This document shows, piece after piece, positions 10,265-19,372 of a stretch of 64,000 nt of DNA. Source of the stretch: Bacilli bacterium. Lineage in GTDB: Bacteria; Bacillota_I; Bacilli_A; ML615J-28; CAG-313. Every line of letters starts with the position of its first letter. The first letter of the stretch is position 1. The notes under the pieces are model-generated. The model saw only the letters and a list, made by a program, of their open reading frames with translations, was not told the origin of the DNA and did no database searches. Position numbers and translations under genes: made by a program. The stretch covers positions 3,984 through 67,983 of the forward strand of contig JBGVCU010000042.1 in assembly GCA_045119035.1 (NCBI GenBank). The letters are read 5' to 3'.

Positions 10265-10840
10265 TTATGAAATTATATATCGATTTACATTTTCATCATA
10301 TAAAATTTCAATTTCGAAACTTTCATTAAACTCACATTCATTAAGAAATCCAAATTGGTTATTATCATTTATATATAAATTATTGTTATCATTAATATTT
10401 TTAATTATAAATTCATTTTGATAATTATATATTTTATAGAAAAATACTATTTTATCTGTGTATTTATTATTTCCTTTATAAATTAATAGATACTGATTAT
10501 TTATAACTTGAATACTCATGATAGGATTTCTATTATAATCGTTACAAAATTCTAAAATATAAGAAAGTTCAGTATTATTTAAATTGACTTCTAAGATATT
10601 ATTATTTTTGTTATCCCTATACATTTTCATTGTAATACATAAACCTACGATTAAAAAACATATTAATATACATGAACATAATGCTGTTAATTTAAACCTT
10701 CTTTTTAGTGAAAAGTATTCATGTTGATAATTTTTTTGATTGATTTCTTCATTATTAAATGTGTCTTTAAATGTTAGTTTTAAATCATTTTCTTTTTTAA
10801 ATTCATTTATAAATTGTTTTTTGAAATCTTTTTTATTCAT
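10265..10840 (-). CDS. Single-pass membrane protein, putative anti-sigma factor
   Basis: Overlaps the ECF sigma stop; short cytoplasmic N-terminus, one transmembrane helix, extracellular C-terminus. Confidence 0.55.
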   Translation of the reverse strand: MNKKDFKKQFINEFKKENDLKLTFKDTFNNEEINQKNYQHEYFSLKRRFKLTALCSCILICFLIVGLCITMKMYRDNKNNNILEVNLNNTELSYILEFCNDYNRNPIMSIQVINNQYLLIYKGNNKYTDKIVFFYKIYNYQNEFIIKNINDNNNLYINDNNQFGFLNECEFNESFEIEILYDENVNRYIIS

Positions 10841-11363
10841 TTCTTTTACCCCCTACATGAGCTTTTGCTTTTTTCATAATTTCATTATATCTTCTTCTTA
10901 CTGTTTCTCTACTTGTATTAAGGATTTTTGATATTTGTATAAAGTTTAAATTATGTACAAATTTGAACACAATTATTTCATATTCTTTATCAGTAAGAAT
11001 TTCTTTTAATATAGCAAAGTATGAATTTGTGTTAGTATCATCTTCTTCTTTTTGGTTATAGACTATTTCTTCGTTTAGAGTTAATCTTTCTTTTTCTTTT
11101 GTTAATTTTCTATACCTATCTATAGCATGATTTCTAGCTATGGTTATAAGCCATGCTTCGAAGTTTCCTTTTGCATCGCTATATTCAGGTATTAGAGTTC
11201 ATAATTTATTAAATATATCTTGAGTACATTCTTCAGCATCTTGTGTATTCTTAAGATACTTTTTAGCAATATAGAATACTGTATATTTGTATTCTTCGAA
11301 TATTACGTTAAACGCTTCTTCATTTCTATTTATAGCTTCTTTTATTATTTTCTTTAGTAGCAT
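10833..11363 (-). pseudogene. ECF sigma-70 factor with in-frame TGA at codon 55 (missed by the ORF track)
   Basis: Manual translation of 177 codons: AFNVIFEEYKYTVFYIAKKYL..TQDAEECTQDIFNKL*TLIPEY...FEAWLITIARNHAIDRYRK (region 2) and LTDKEYEIIVFKF..NLNFIQISKILNTSRETVRRRY (region 4); TGA at 11201-11199. Confidence 0.88.
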
Positions 11364-11502
11364 AGATATACAATACTCTCCTTTCTAAAAATTCCTTTGT
11401 AATTATAACAAATTAGAACTAAATATTTCAACGGACTATAGTATGCAATATATTTTAATATAAAAAAATACTCTCTTATTGTATAAGAGAGTATTAATAT
11501 AA

Positions 11503-12291
11503 TTATAATAATATTTCTAATGATAGCATTGCTAGAAAACCTAACATAAATGCCCATAAACCATAGTGTTCATGACCACCTTTTCTAGCTTCTGGAAGTA
11601 ACTCTTCTATTGTAACATAAATCATTGCTCCAGCTGATAAAGCTAAAAGCCATGGAAGAAGTGATGACATAAGTGTTGCAAGGAAAATTCCTATAACTGC
11701 AAATAAAGGTTCTACAACACCACTAACTACACCATATAAAAATGATTTTCTTTTTGACACTCCTTGTTCTAACATTGGAATAGAAATAGCTGCACCTTCT
11801 GGTAAATTTTGAATTGAAATACCTATTGCTAAGGCAAGCACACTTGAAATAGCTTCTGGAGTTTTTATTGTAAGTGCTAGCCCACACGCAAAACCAACAG
11901 CAAGACCTTCTGGAATATTATGAATTAATACAGCTAAAAAGAATTTAATTTGTTTAGTTAAATTGCATTTAGGTCCTTCATCTTCACAAGCATTGTTGTG
12001 AAAATGAGGAATAATTTTATCTAATACATTTAACATAATTCCACCAAGTATAAATCCAAATACTACAGGAATTATTGAATAATCTTTATAAATAAGTTCA
12101 GCTTCTTCCATTGCTGGAATTAATAAACCAAATATACCTGCAGCAATCATAACACCAGATGCAAGTCCTAAAATAATATTTGATGCTTTTGCTGATAAGT
12201 TCTTTTTAACAAAGAAAACTAAACTTGATCCAATTACAGTAGATAAAAATATTATTGAACAAGATATAATAATAACTGTAAGTACATCCAT
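11503..12291 (-). CDS. ZIP-family metal transporter (ZupT/GufA-like)
   Basis: LGLASGVMIAA, IHNIPEGLAVG, QNLPEGAAIS and EELLPEA motifs. Confidence 0.93.
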   Translation of the reverse strand: MDVLTVIIISCSIIFLSTVIGSSLVFFVKKNLSAKASNIILGLASGVMIAAGIFGLLIPAMEEAELIYKDYSIIPVVFGFILGGIMLNVLDKIIPHFHNNACEDEGPKCNLTKQIKFFLAVLIHNIPEGLAVGFACGLALTIKTPEAISSVLALAIGISIQNLPEGAAISIPMLEQGVSKRKSFLYGVVSGVVEPLFAVIGIFLATLMSSLLPWLLALSAGAMIYVTIEELLPEARKGGHEHYGLWAFMLGFLAMLSLEILL

Positions 12292-12752
12292 TATTTATCA
12301 CCTCTTAAAATACATAATGTATCAGTAGGATTCTTTTTGCTATTTACTTTTTCTTCAATAGAAATAATTATTCCTTCTTCATTAATAACATATGTTGTTC
12401 TTACAATTCCCATGTATTTTTTACCATACATTGATTTTTCTTTATAAACACCATAGTTTGTAATTACTTCGTGTGTTTCATCACTTAATAAATGAAAAGG
12501 TAAATCATGTGTTGTAACAAATTTCATATGTGATTTTATTGAATCTTTTGAAATACCTAAAATAACAGTATTTTCTTTTTTATATTCTTCATATAATCTT
12601 TTAAACTCTAATGCTTGTTCGGTACAACCTGATGTTAAATCTTTAGGATAAAAATATAAAACTACTTTTTGTCCTAGATAATCCGATAATTTATGAAGTT
12701 TTCCTGTTTCATCAGGTAAAATAAAATCTAATGCTTTATCATTTATTTTCAT
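12291..12752 (-). CDS. bcp: Peroxiredoxin, BCP family
   Basis: VVLYFYPKDLTSGCTEQA and RTTYVINEEG motifs. Confidence 0.93.
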   Translation of the reverse strand: MKINDKALDFILPDETGKLHKLSDYLGQKVVLYFYPKDLTSGCTEQALEFKRLYEEYKKENTVILGISKDSIKSHMKFVTTHDLPFHLLSDETHEVITNYGVYKEKSMYGKKYMGIVRTTYVINEEGIIISIEEKVNSKKNPTDTLCILRGDK

Positions 12753-12754
12753 TT

Positions 12755-13078
12755 TTATTCCTCTTTATCTATTTTGCATCCGCAGTTTTTACAGTATGCA
12801 TCATTTACTTTTACTCTTTGTCCACATATAGAACAATATAATATTCTTTCTTCTGTATAATTATTACTATTATCGTTTAAATATTGAGAATTATGTATAG
12901 AGGTATGTTGTGTTCCTTTAAATAATTTTATTAAATTAATTACCGCAATAGCTATAAAAAATAAACCAAAAATACACATAAATGGAGCTATTTGAGCTGC
13001 AGTGATTGTCCAAAAAATTGCAAAGCATATTGCAAAAATTAAACCAAGAAATGAACCAATATTAAACTTTTTATTCAT
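12755..13078 (-). CDS. Two-TM membrane protein with C-terminal zinc ribbon
   Basis: Two hydrophobic helices; CSICG...YCKNCG. Confidence 0.7.
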   Translation of the reverse strand: MNKKFNIGSFLGLIFAICFAIFWTITAAQIAPFMCIFGLFFIAIAVINLIKLFKGTQHTSIHNSQYLNDNSNNYTEERILYCSICGQRVKVNDAYCKNCGCKIDKEE

Positions 13079-13213
13079 AGAATACCTCCCTTTTGGTTAA
13101 TATATTATACAATAATTTGATTATTTTATAAAGCGATAAAATAATTTTTCTTTTTATTTGCTTATTTTTCTAAAAAATATTATGATATTACTATCTTATT
13201 TTTGAGGTGACTT

Positions 13214-14227
13214 ATGAAAATATTAAAGAAATTTCGTTTGTTTTTTATAATACTTGGTTCCATATTTATTTTCTTTCTAGCAATTAATATTATTCCACCA
13301 AAGAAAATTGCTAATAATCCTTTTATTAAAGCTAAAGATGCTCCTACAATGATAGCGGCACATAGAGGTGGTGGAAAAAATAATCCAGAAAACACAATGA
13401 AAGCATTTAGCGCTGCTGTTAAAGAATATGATGTTGATATTTTAGAAAGTGATTTATATTTAACTAAAGATGGTTATTTAGTTTATAATCATGATTCATA
13501 TATTGATGAAACTTGTAATGTTAATGGTAACATTAGTTATGATGAAATGAATAATTTAATAAAAGATAAAAATAATAGACATTATATCAAAGATTATACT
13601 TTAGAAGAGTTAAGAGAATTTAATTTTGGTTACTATTTTACAAAAGACAATACAAGAATTTATAAAGATGTTAATAGCGATGAACTAAAAGGTCAAGGTT
13701 TACAAATTGTAGAAGCTTCTGAATTATTCGAAACATTTTATGAATCTAATCCTGATTTAATGTTCATTGTAGAAATTAAAAATTCTGGTGATGAGGGAAA
13801 AGTTGCTGTTGATACTCTAATTAATATTATTAGCACTAAATATCCAAATTATAAAAATAAAATTGTTATTGGTACATTTCATCCTGAAATTGAAGACTAT
13901 TTAACAAGTGAATATCCAACATTTTTAAGGGGTGCATCAACAAAAGGTGCTGCAAAATTTATTATTTCACAAATGTTAAGAGTAAATATCTTTAATAAAA
14001 GTACTTTTGCTTGCTTACAAATTCCAAAAGAATATGATATTAAAGGTATTAATATTGATTTAATAAAGAAAAACTTAGTTAGACGTGCACATCGTAGAGG
14101 TATTGCTGTTCAATATTGGACAATCAACGATGAAGAAACTATGAGAGATTTAATTGATCTTGGATGTGATGCTATTATGACTGATGATGTAGCATTATGT
14201 AGACAGGTAGTAGATTCATATAAATAG
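13214..14227 (+). CDS. Glycerophosphodiester phosphodiesterase, membrane-anchored
   Basis: AAHRGG, PENTM.AF, ESDL..TKDG.LV..HD, VEIK, WTIND and IMTD motifs. Confidence 0.92.
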   Translation: MKILKKFRLFFIILGSIFIFFLAINIIPPKKIANNPFIKAKDAPTMIAAHRGGGKNNPENTMKAFSAAVKEYDVDILESDLYLTKDGYLVYNHDSYIDETCNVNGNISYDEMNNLIKDKNNRHYIKDYTLEELREFNFGYYFTKDNTRIYKDVNSDELKGQGLQIVEASELFETFYESNPDLMFIVEIKNSGDEGKVAVDTLINIISTKYPNYKNKIVIGTFHPEIEDYLTSEYPTFLRGASTKGAAKFIISQMLRVNIFNKSTFACLQIPKEYDIKGINIDLIKKNLVRRAHRRGIAVQYWTINDEETMRDLIDLGCDAIMTDDVALCRQVVDSYK

Positions 14228-14234
14228 TAAAATT

Positions 14235-14264
14235 AAACGGTAATAGGAAGTCCTATTACCGTTT
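14235..14264. terminator. Bidirectional terminator
   Basis: Hairpin aaacggtaatagga-ag-tcctattaccgttt between convergent genes. Confidence 0.85.
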
Positions 14265-14269
14265 TTGTT

Positions 14270-15169
14270 TTATTTAAATAGTTTTTTAGTGTTTATAATT
14301 GTTTCTTCATAGTTCTTTAAGATTCTTTTTGAGAATCTTTTTTTCTTTGGATATCCACTTATATTAAAAATACCTCTTGGGCAATAATAAGAGTCTATAT
14401 CATCACTCATTGCTTTTAAAGTAGTTAAAGCAGCCTTATCTACTTTGTGGAAACATATTGTCATAAATAAATTAATTAATTTAGTAAACCATGCTGAATA
14501 TCCTTTGCTAAATAAAGGTGTGTATGTAATTCCTGGATGAACTAAATGAAAAATAATGTTTGATGTTTTTTGGTCAGTTAAGTATTTATAATAATGAAGT
14601 AACATTAATTTTGAATTTGCATAATATTTTATTGGACTAGTTGATGAACATAAATAGAATGTATCATAATCTACTTTTGTTCTATAGGCTGCAACAGATG
14701 TTGTAAATATAATATGTACTTTATGAAATTTTAATTTAAAGTATTTCATTAATTTTTCATTTAAATAATACGTACCTAAGTAATTTGTACCCATCATTAA
14801 TTCAAATCCATTTTCAGATTTTTTATTTTTTATATTATAAATCCCAGCATTATGATATACATAATCAATAAGCATATTATGATTAATTATTTCATTGACA
14901 AAATAATCAATAATTAAAAATGAAGATAAATCAACATACATTATATAAATATTTGTGTTTGGAAATTCTTTTAAGATTTCCTTTTTTGCTATTTCTGCCT
15001 TTTCAGTATTTCTAACAGCCATTATAATATTCATTTCTAAGTATGCACAGTATTTAGCTACTTCAAAACCAATACCACTATTGGCTCCTGTTATAAGAAT
15101 TGTTTTTTGCTTTAGATCTTTGCTTATATTTTTATCTATCCATTTAAGATATTTTTTATTCATTGTCAA
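14270..15169 (-). CDS. Short-chain dehydrogenase/reductase (retinol-dehydrogenase-like)
   Basis: ITGANSGIG, HNAG, TNYLG, Y..SK and HPG.T.T motifs. Confidence 0.9.
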   Translation of the reverse strand: MTMNKKYLKWIDKNISKDLKQKTILITGANSGIGFEVAKYCAYLEMNIIMAVRNTEKAEIAKKEILKEFPNTNIYIMYVDLSSFLIIDYFVNEIINHNMLIDYVYHNAGIYNIKNKKSENGFELMMGTNYLGTYYLNEKLMKYFKLKFHKVHIIFTTSVAAYRTKVDYDTFYLCSSTSPIKYYANSKLMLLHYYKYLTDQKTSNIIFHLVHPGITYTPLFSKGYSAWFTKLINLFMTICFHKVDKAALTTLKAMSDDIDSYYCPRGIFNISGYPKKKRFSKRILKNYEETIINTKKLFK

Positions 15170-16520
15170 TATTAATAAGTGTATAACTTCTTGATCCGAA
15201 ATTTAATTCTTCACAAGCATCTAAAATTTTAATACCATGACGAGATTCAATTCTTTCTATAAAATGATCACGTCCTCTATCAGTGGATGCGTAAATTAAA
15301 TCAACACACGCTTGATCAATTGCAACAGGATCTAAAGATATTAACATTCCGATATCTTTCATACAAGGATCTTCAGCAACACTACAGCAATCACAATCAA
15401 CACTTAAATTTTTCATTACATTAATATACACAGCATTATCTTTAAACATTTCATGTACACTTAGAGCCGCATCAGCCATAGCTTCAATGAAATCATCTTG
15501 TTTTGCACGCCAAATATTTGCAGCATTTCCAGCCCCATGAATTAAAGCTTTACCATATGATGAAGCAACACCTATTGAAAGTTGTTTAAGACTTCCTCCG
15601 AAGCCTCCCATTGGATGACCTTTAAAATGCGATAAAACAAGTAAAGAATCATATTTAGTAATATTTTTGCCAACATAATTTTCTTTTATTATTCTTCCAT
15701 TTGGTATTTCTAATCTCAAATCAGGTCCTGTTTCATCAAGTAAATCAACTTTGAAATTTGTACTCCATCCATGTTTCTCTAATGTTTTTAAATGTCTTTC
15801 AGAAGTATTTCTTTCACCTTCATATGCAGTATTACATTCAACAACTGTTCCATCTAACATATCAATAAGAGGTTTCCAAAAATCTGCTTGAATAAAGTTT
15901 TGGTTTCCTGGTTCTCCTGAATGAAGCTTAACAGCAACATTACCTTTTAATTCTTTGCCTAATGTTTTATATAATCTAACAACAGCATCACAATTTAATT
16001 CTTTTGTAAAATATACAACAGGTTTCATAAAATACTCCTTAATATTTTTATTTAAACAAACAACTCGATAATGAGGATCATAGACTTCTTTATATTTTTC
16101 TGAATGATGAACTTGTGGTAAATTTAGCTTTAACATTTTCCCAACAAATTCTTCAAATTGATAATCTTTTATTTGATGATCAATTTCTCTTAACACCTCA
16201 AGTGTAATTTCACAATATTCTAAAAATAAATCTTTACTACCTAAATAATTTGAACTATTTAACATTTCATTAAATAAAAAATCAACGTCATTAGTAGATA
16301 AGTTATTTAAATAAACTCTTACCATATTATTTCCTATATATTCAATAATAGGTTTATTGTTTTTAGAACAATTATTAATTTCTTCTTCAAGATAATTTTT
16401 AGCATTCTGTGTTATAAGATGGTTATTGCCAAACGCAATTTGATAGATTAATTTATACAAATCACTAACCATCATTTGTGAATATTGTATAAGGTGTGTT
16501 TTAAGTATCGATTTTTTCAT
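15156..16520 (-). CDS. In-frame fusion of an uncharacterised N-terminal domain and a DUF362-type Fe-S protein
   Basis: N-domain: DLYKLIYQ..FG..H...HHSE.Y...Y.PHYRVV; C-domain: VKLHSGE.GN, HFKGH.MGGFGG.LKQL and DCDCC; internal AAGGAG + ATG at 16028. Confidence 0.8.
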   Translation of the reverse strand: MKKSILKTHLIQYSQMMVSDLYKLIYQIAFGNNHLITQNAKNYLEEEINNCSKNNKPIIEYIGNNMVRVYLNNLSTNDVDFLFNEMLNSSNYLGSKDLFLEYCEITLEVLREIDHQIKDYQFEEFVGKMLKLNLPQVHHSEKYKEVYDPHYRVVCLNKNIKEYFMKPVVYFTKELNCDAVVRLYKTLGKELKGNVAVKLHSGEPGNQNFIQADFWKPLIDMLDGTVVECNTAYEGERNTSERHLKTLEKHGWSTNFKVDLLDETGPDLRLEIPNGRIIKENYVGKNITKYDSLLVLSHFKGHPMGGFGGSLKQLSIGVASSYGKALIHGAGNAANIWRAKQDDFIEAMADAALSVHEMFKDNAVYINVMKNLSVDCDCCSVAEDPCMKDIGMLISLDPVAIDQACVDLIYASTDRGRDHFIERIESRHGIKILDACEELNFGSRSYTLINIDNE

Positions 16521-16609
16521 ATTTCTATTATACTATATTTTAATTTAAATTAAAATCAAAATATACTATTATTTTTATTAATTAAAAAGATAGATTATAA
16601 AAATCTATC

Positions 16610-17029
16610 TTACTTAATCATCTTATTTAATTTGTTTGATGTTACTTTTAGAATAAAATATATAATTAGCCATATTACCATGTATGTTACAAAGAATATT
16701 ACTGAAAAAATAATTACAAATTCAATATTAAATGGTATCCAAGAGTTTACTAAATAACAACCAATATATACAATATAAAGAGTTATTGAATGAAATAATA
16801 ATGACTTTAAAGTACTCCAATTTTCCATTTGATTAAAAACACTTGCTCCAGCATGAACAAAGGCTAAAATATATGTAGAAAAAATCATAATTGCTAATTC
16901 TTTTGATGTAAGTATTAATGGTGTATCTAGTGATAAATTAATACACAAATAAACAATTGCTCCAATTATTGGACCAAATCCTCCAAACATCATCCCTCTA
17001 AGTAAAAAATCTTTAACTTCTTTTTTCAT
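16610..17029 (-). CDS. DUF3021-type membrane protein (partner of LytTR regulator)
   Basis: Four TM segments, E.WS.LK..LFH motif; ATGA overlap with the LytTR gene. Confidence 0.8.
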   Translation of the reverse strand: MKKEVKDFLLRGMMFGGFGPIIGAIVYLCINLSLDTPLILTSKELAIMIFSTYILAFVHAGASVFNQMENWSTLKSLLFHSITLYIVYIGCYLVNSWIPFNIEFVIIFSVIFFVTYMVIWLIIYFILKVTSNKLNKMIK

Positions 17030-17460
17030 CGTATTAAACCTACTCTTTCTTTAACTGATTTTAATTGTCTACGACTTATATAATCAGTATAGCCATTTTT
17101 CAGTACTACTTCTAATTGACCACTAAAACTAACTTTAAATTTATCAATATACTTTATATTAACAATACAACTTTGATTTATTTTAATAAAATTATTATCT
17201 AGTAAATTTTCCAGTTGATATAATCTTTTTTTAGAATCATATTTTTCATTCTTTAAATATATATAAACTTTTTCTTCACAATTTATATAATAAACATCTT
17301 CTTTATTAATTATTTTCATTTGTTCATTGTTATATCCAATAAGTAATTGATCTTTAGAGTTAATCATTTTTCTTACTTGTTCAAATATCGGATCATCTTT
17401 TTTTGCAATTATAGTAATAGATTCTTCTTGATTTTCATCAATAATTAATTTATATTTCAT
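17026..17460 (-). CDS. LytTR-only transcriptional regulator
   Basis: RLYQLE..L...FIKINQSCIVN and L.NG....ISRR motifs; no receiver domain. Confidence 0.92.
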   Translation of the reverse strand: MKYKLIIDENQEESITIIAKKDDPIFEQVRKMINSKDQLLIGYNNEQMKIINKEDVYYINCEEKVYIYLKNEKYDSKKRLYQLENLLDNNFIKINQSCIVNIKYIDKFKVSFSGQLEVVLKNGYTDYISRRQLKSVKERVGLIR

Positions 17461-17518
17461 ATTAATACCTCGACAATTATTATACTTTATTTAAGAAATA
17501 AAAACAATACTATTTAAA

Positions 17519-17551
17519 TAAATGGTAAATATTTTAATATAAATGGAAAAT
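17519..17551 (-). promoter_or_regulatory. Putative LytTR direct-repeat operator
   Basis: taaatgg(t/a)aaat at 17519 and 17540 (21-bp period), just upstream of a weak -35 (TTGTTT) and TATAAT at 17484-17479. Confidence 0.6.
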
Positions 17552-17571
17552 AGATGTAGTAAAAACTACAT

Positions 17572-19230
17572 CTATACTTCTACTAATGCATGAGCAATAT
17601 AATTTAAGTGGTCCCCAGCTCTTTCTAGGTTAGATACTAAACTAATGTATACACCAGAGTTTGCAGGAGAACATTGATTATTTTCAATACGTTCGATGTG
17701 TTCTGCAATCATTGAAGATCTTAGGCTATCTATTTCTTCTTCTACTTCATCTATATATTCAATTAGATTATTATTTTTTGTATGGAATAATTCTTCAATT
17801 AAATAATATTGTTTCATTAGTTTTTCCATTAAGTTACTAATTTGTTCAATACCAGCACTTGAGAATGTTAATTGATTGTCATTTACTGTTTTTGTATATT
17901 TTAACATATTATCAGCAATTTCAATTTCACGGTTAAAGTCACTAATCATTTCATGAAGTTTAGAAATAGATTTTTCACCACTTTTTGAATGTTCAGCAGT
18001 AGCTACTTTAACTAAGTAATTTAATAATTGTTCATTCATTTCTTCAATTTCATTGATTTTTTCTTTTATATCACTTGTATCTATATTTTTTCTTTTTAAG
18101 AATACATCAACAGCAGAATTTAATGTTTCCATTGAGATTTTACCAATTCTAAATGTTTCTTTATAAGCTTGGTCTAAGGCAACAGCCGGAGTTAATAAGA
18201 AACGTTTATCAAGATGTGATTGTTCTCCTGGTTGTTTTTTATCACGTACAATCCATTCAGCAAATTTAACAAAATAATTAATGAATGGTAAAAATACTAG
18301 TGAACATGTAACGTTGAAGAATGTATGGAACATTGCAATTTGTGTTGCAGGTTCAACAAATAATTTACTTAAAACTCCACTATAGAAATTAGGCACTAAT
18401 AATAATAATATTGCAAATAATAATGAACCAATAAAGTTAAACATTAAGTGGATCATAGAAGCTCTACGAGCATTTGTAGTTGCTCCTAGTGATGATAAAA
18501 TTGCAGTAATACATGTTCCTATATTAGAACCTAAAATAATATATAAAATACAGTTACTTCCTGGAGTACCAATAGTAATACCATTCATTACCATTGTAAT
18601 TACAATAGTTGTAATAGCACTTGATGATTGAATAATTGCAGTAAAGGCAGCACCAAATAGTAATAAAATCAATTCATTATTGCAAGTTTGAAGGAAATCA
18701 GTAAATTCACGCATTTCTCTAAATACCTTCATTGAATCAGACATTAAATCTAACGCAATAAATACCATACCTAGTCCACAAAGTGCCATACCAATTGTTT
18801 TCACTTTATCCTTTTTAAACAGCATATTCATGAAAATTCCAATAACACATAACAACATAATATAAAGTGAAATATCAAAAGAACCAAGGGAAGCAATTTG
18901 TGCTGTAATAGTAGTCCCGATATTTGCACCCATAATCATGGCAGTTGCTTGAAATAAATTCATTATTCCTGCATTAACAAATCCTACAATCATAACTGTT
19001 GTTGCTGAAGAAGATTGAATAATGGCTGTAACTACCATCCCAATTCCAACACCAATAAAACGATTGTTTTGAGTTTTGTTAAATAATTTCTTAAGTCCAC
19101 TATTTGCTAATTTTTCAATGTTATCAGATAATATTTTAAATCCAACCAGCAAAATTCCAAGACCTGATAATAAATATATAATGGCATTAACTATATTCAT
19201 TATATCTGTTGACGACGACAAAAGTTGCAT
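17572..19230 (-). CDS. Na+/phosphate cotransporter with PhoU-like C-terminus
   Basis: Two TAIIQSSSA repeats, GANIGTT and GSNIGTC, ERAGDH motif. Confidence 0.93.
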   Translation of the reverse strand: MQLLSSSTDIMNIVNAIIYLLSGLGILLVGFKILSDNIEKLANSGLKKLFNKTQNNRFIGVGIGMVVTAIIQSSSATTVMIVGFVNAGIMNLFQATAMIMGANIGTTITAQIASLGSFDISLYIMLLCVIGIFMNMLFKKDKVKTIGMALCGLGMVFIALDLMSDSMKVFREMREFTDFLQTCNNELILLLFGAAFTAIIQSSSAITTIVITMVMNGITIGTPGSNCILYIILGSNIGTCITAILSSLGATTNARRASMIHLMFNFIGSLLFAILLLLVPNFYSGVLSKLFVEPATQIAMFHTFFNVTCSLVFLPFINYFVKFAEWIVRDKKQPGEQSHLDKRFLLTPAVALDQAYKETFRIGKISMETLNSAVDVFLKRKNIDTSDIKEKINEIEEMNEQLLNYLVKVATAEHSKSGEKSISKLHEMISDFNREIEIADNMLKYTKTVNDNQLTFSSAGIEQISNLMEKLMKQYYLIEELFHTKNNNLIEYIDEVEEEIDSLRSSMIAEHIERIENNQCSPANSGVYISLVSNLERAGDHLNYIAHALVEV

Positions 19231-19372
19231 ATATACTCCTAATATTTATTATTTTTTTATACATATTATATATATTATATCATATTAATATAAATTAATA
19301 AAGTAAAATATTAATTTAATAAGAGAAAAGTGTTTAAATTTATCATTTAAACACTTTATTTTATATATTATA

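Noticed and set aside
11199-11201. Genome-wide UGA=Trp (code 4) suggested by the TGA in the ECF sigma gene
   Set aside because: All long ORFs are open under code 11 with Trp encoded by TGG, and TGA serves as a stop in the ATGA overlap at 17026-17029. An AT-rich code-4 genome would show many in-frame TGAs.
11199-11201. Selenocysteine recoding of the same TGA
   Set aside because: The homologous residue is Trp, not Cys, and no SECIS-like hairpin is evident immediately downstream.
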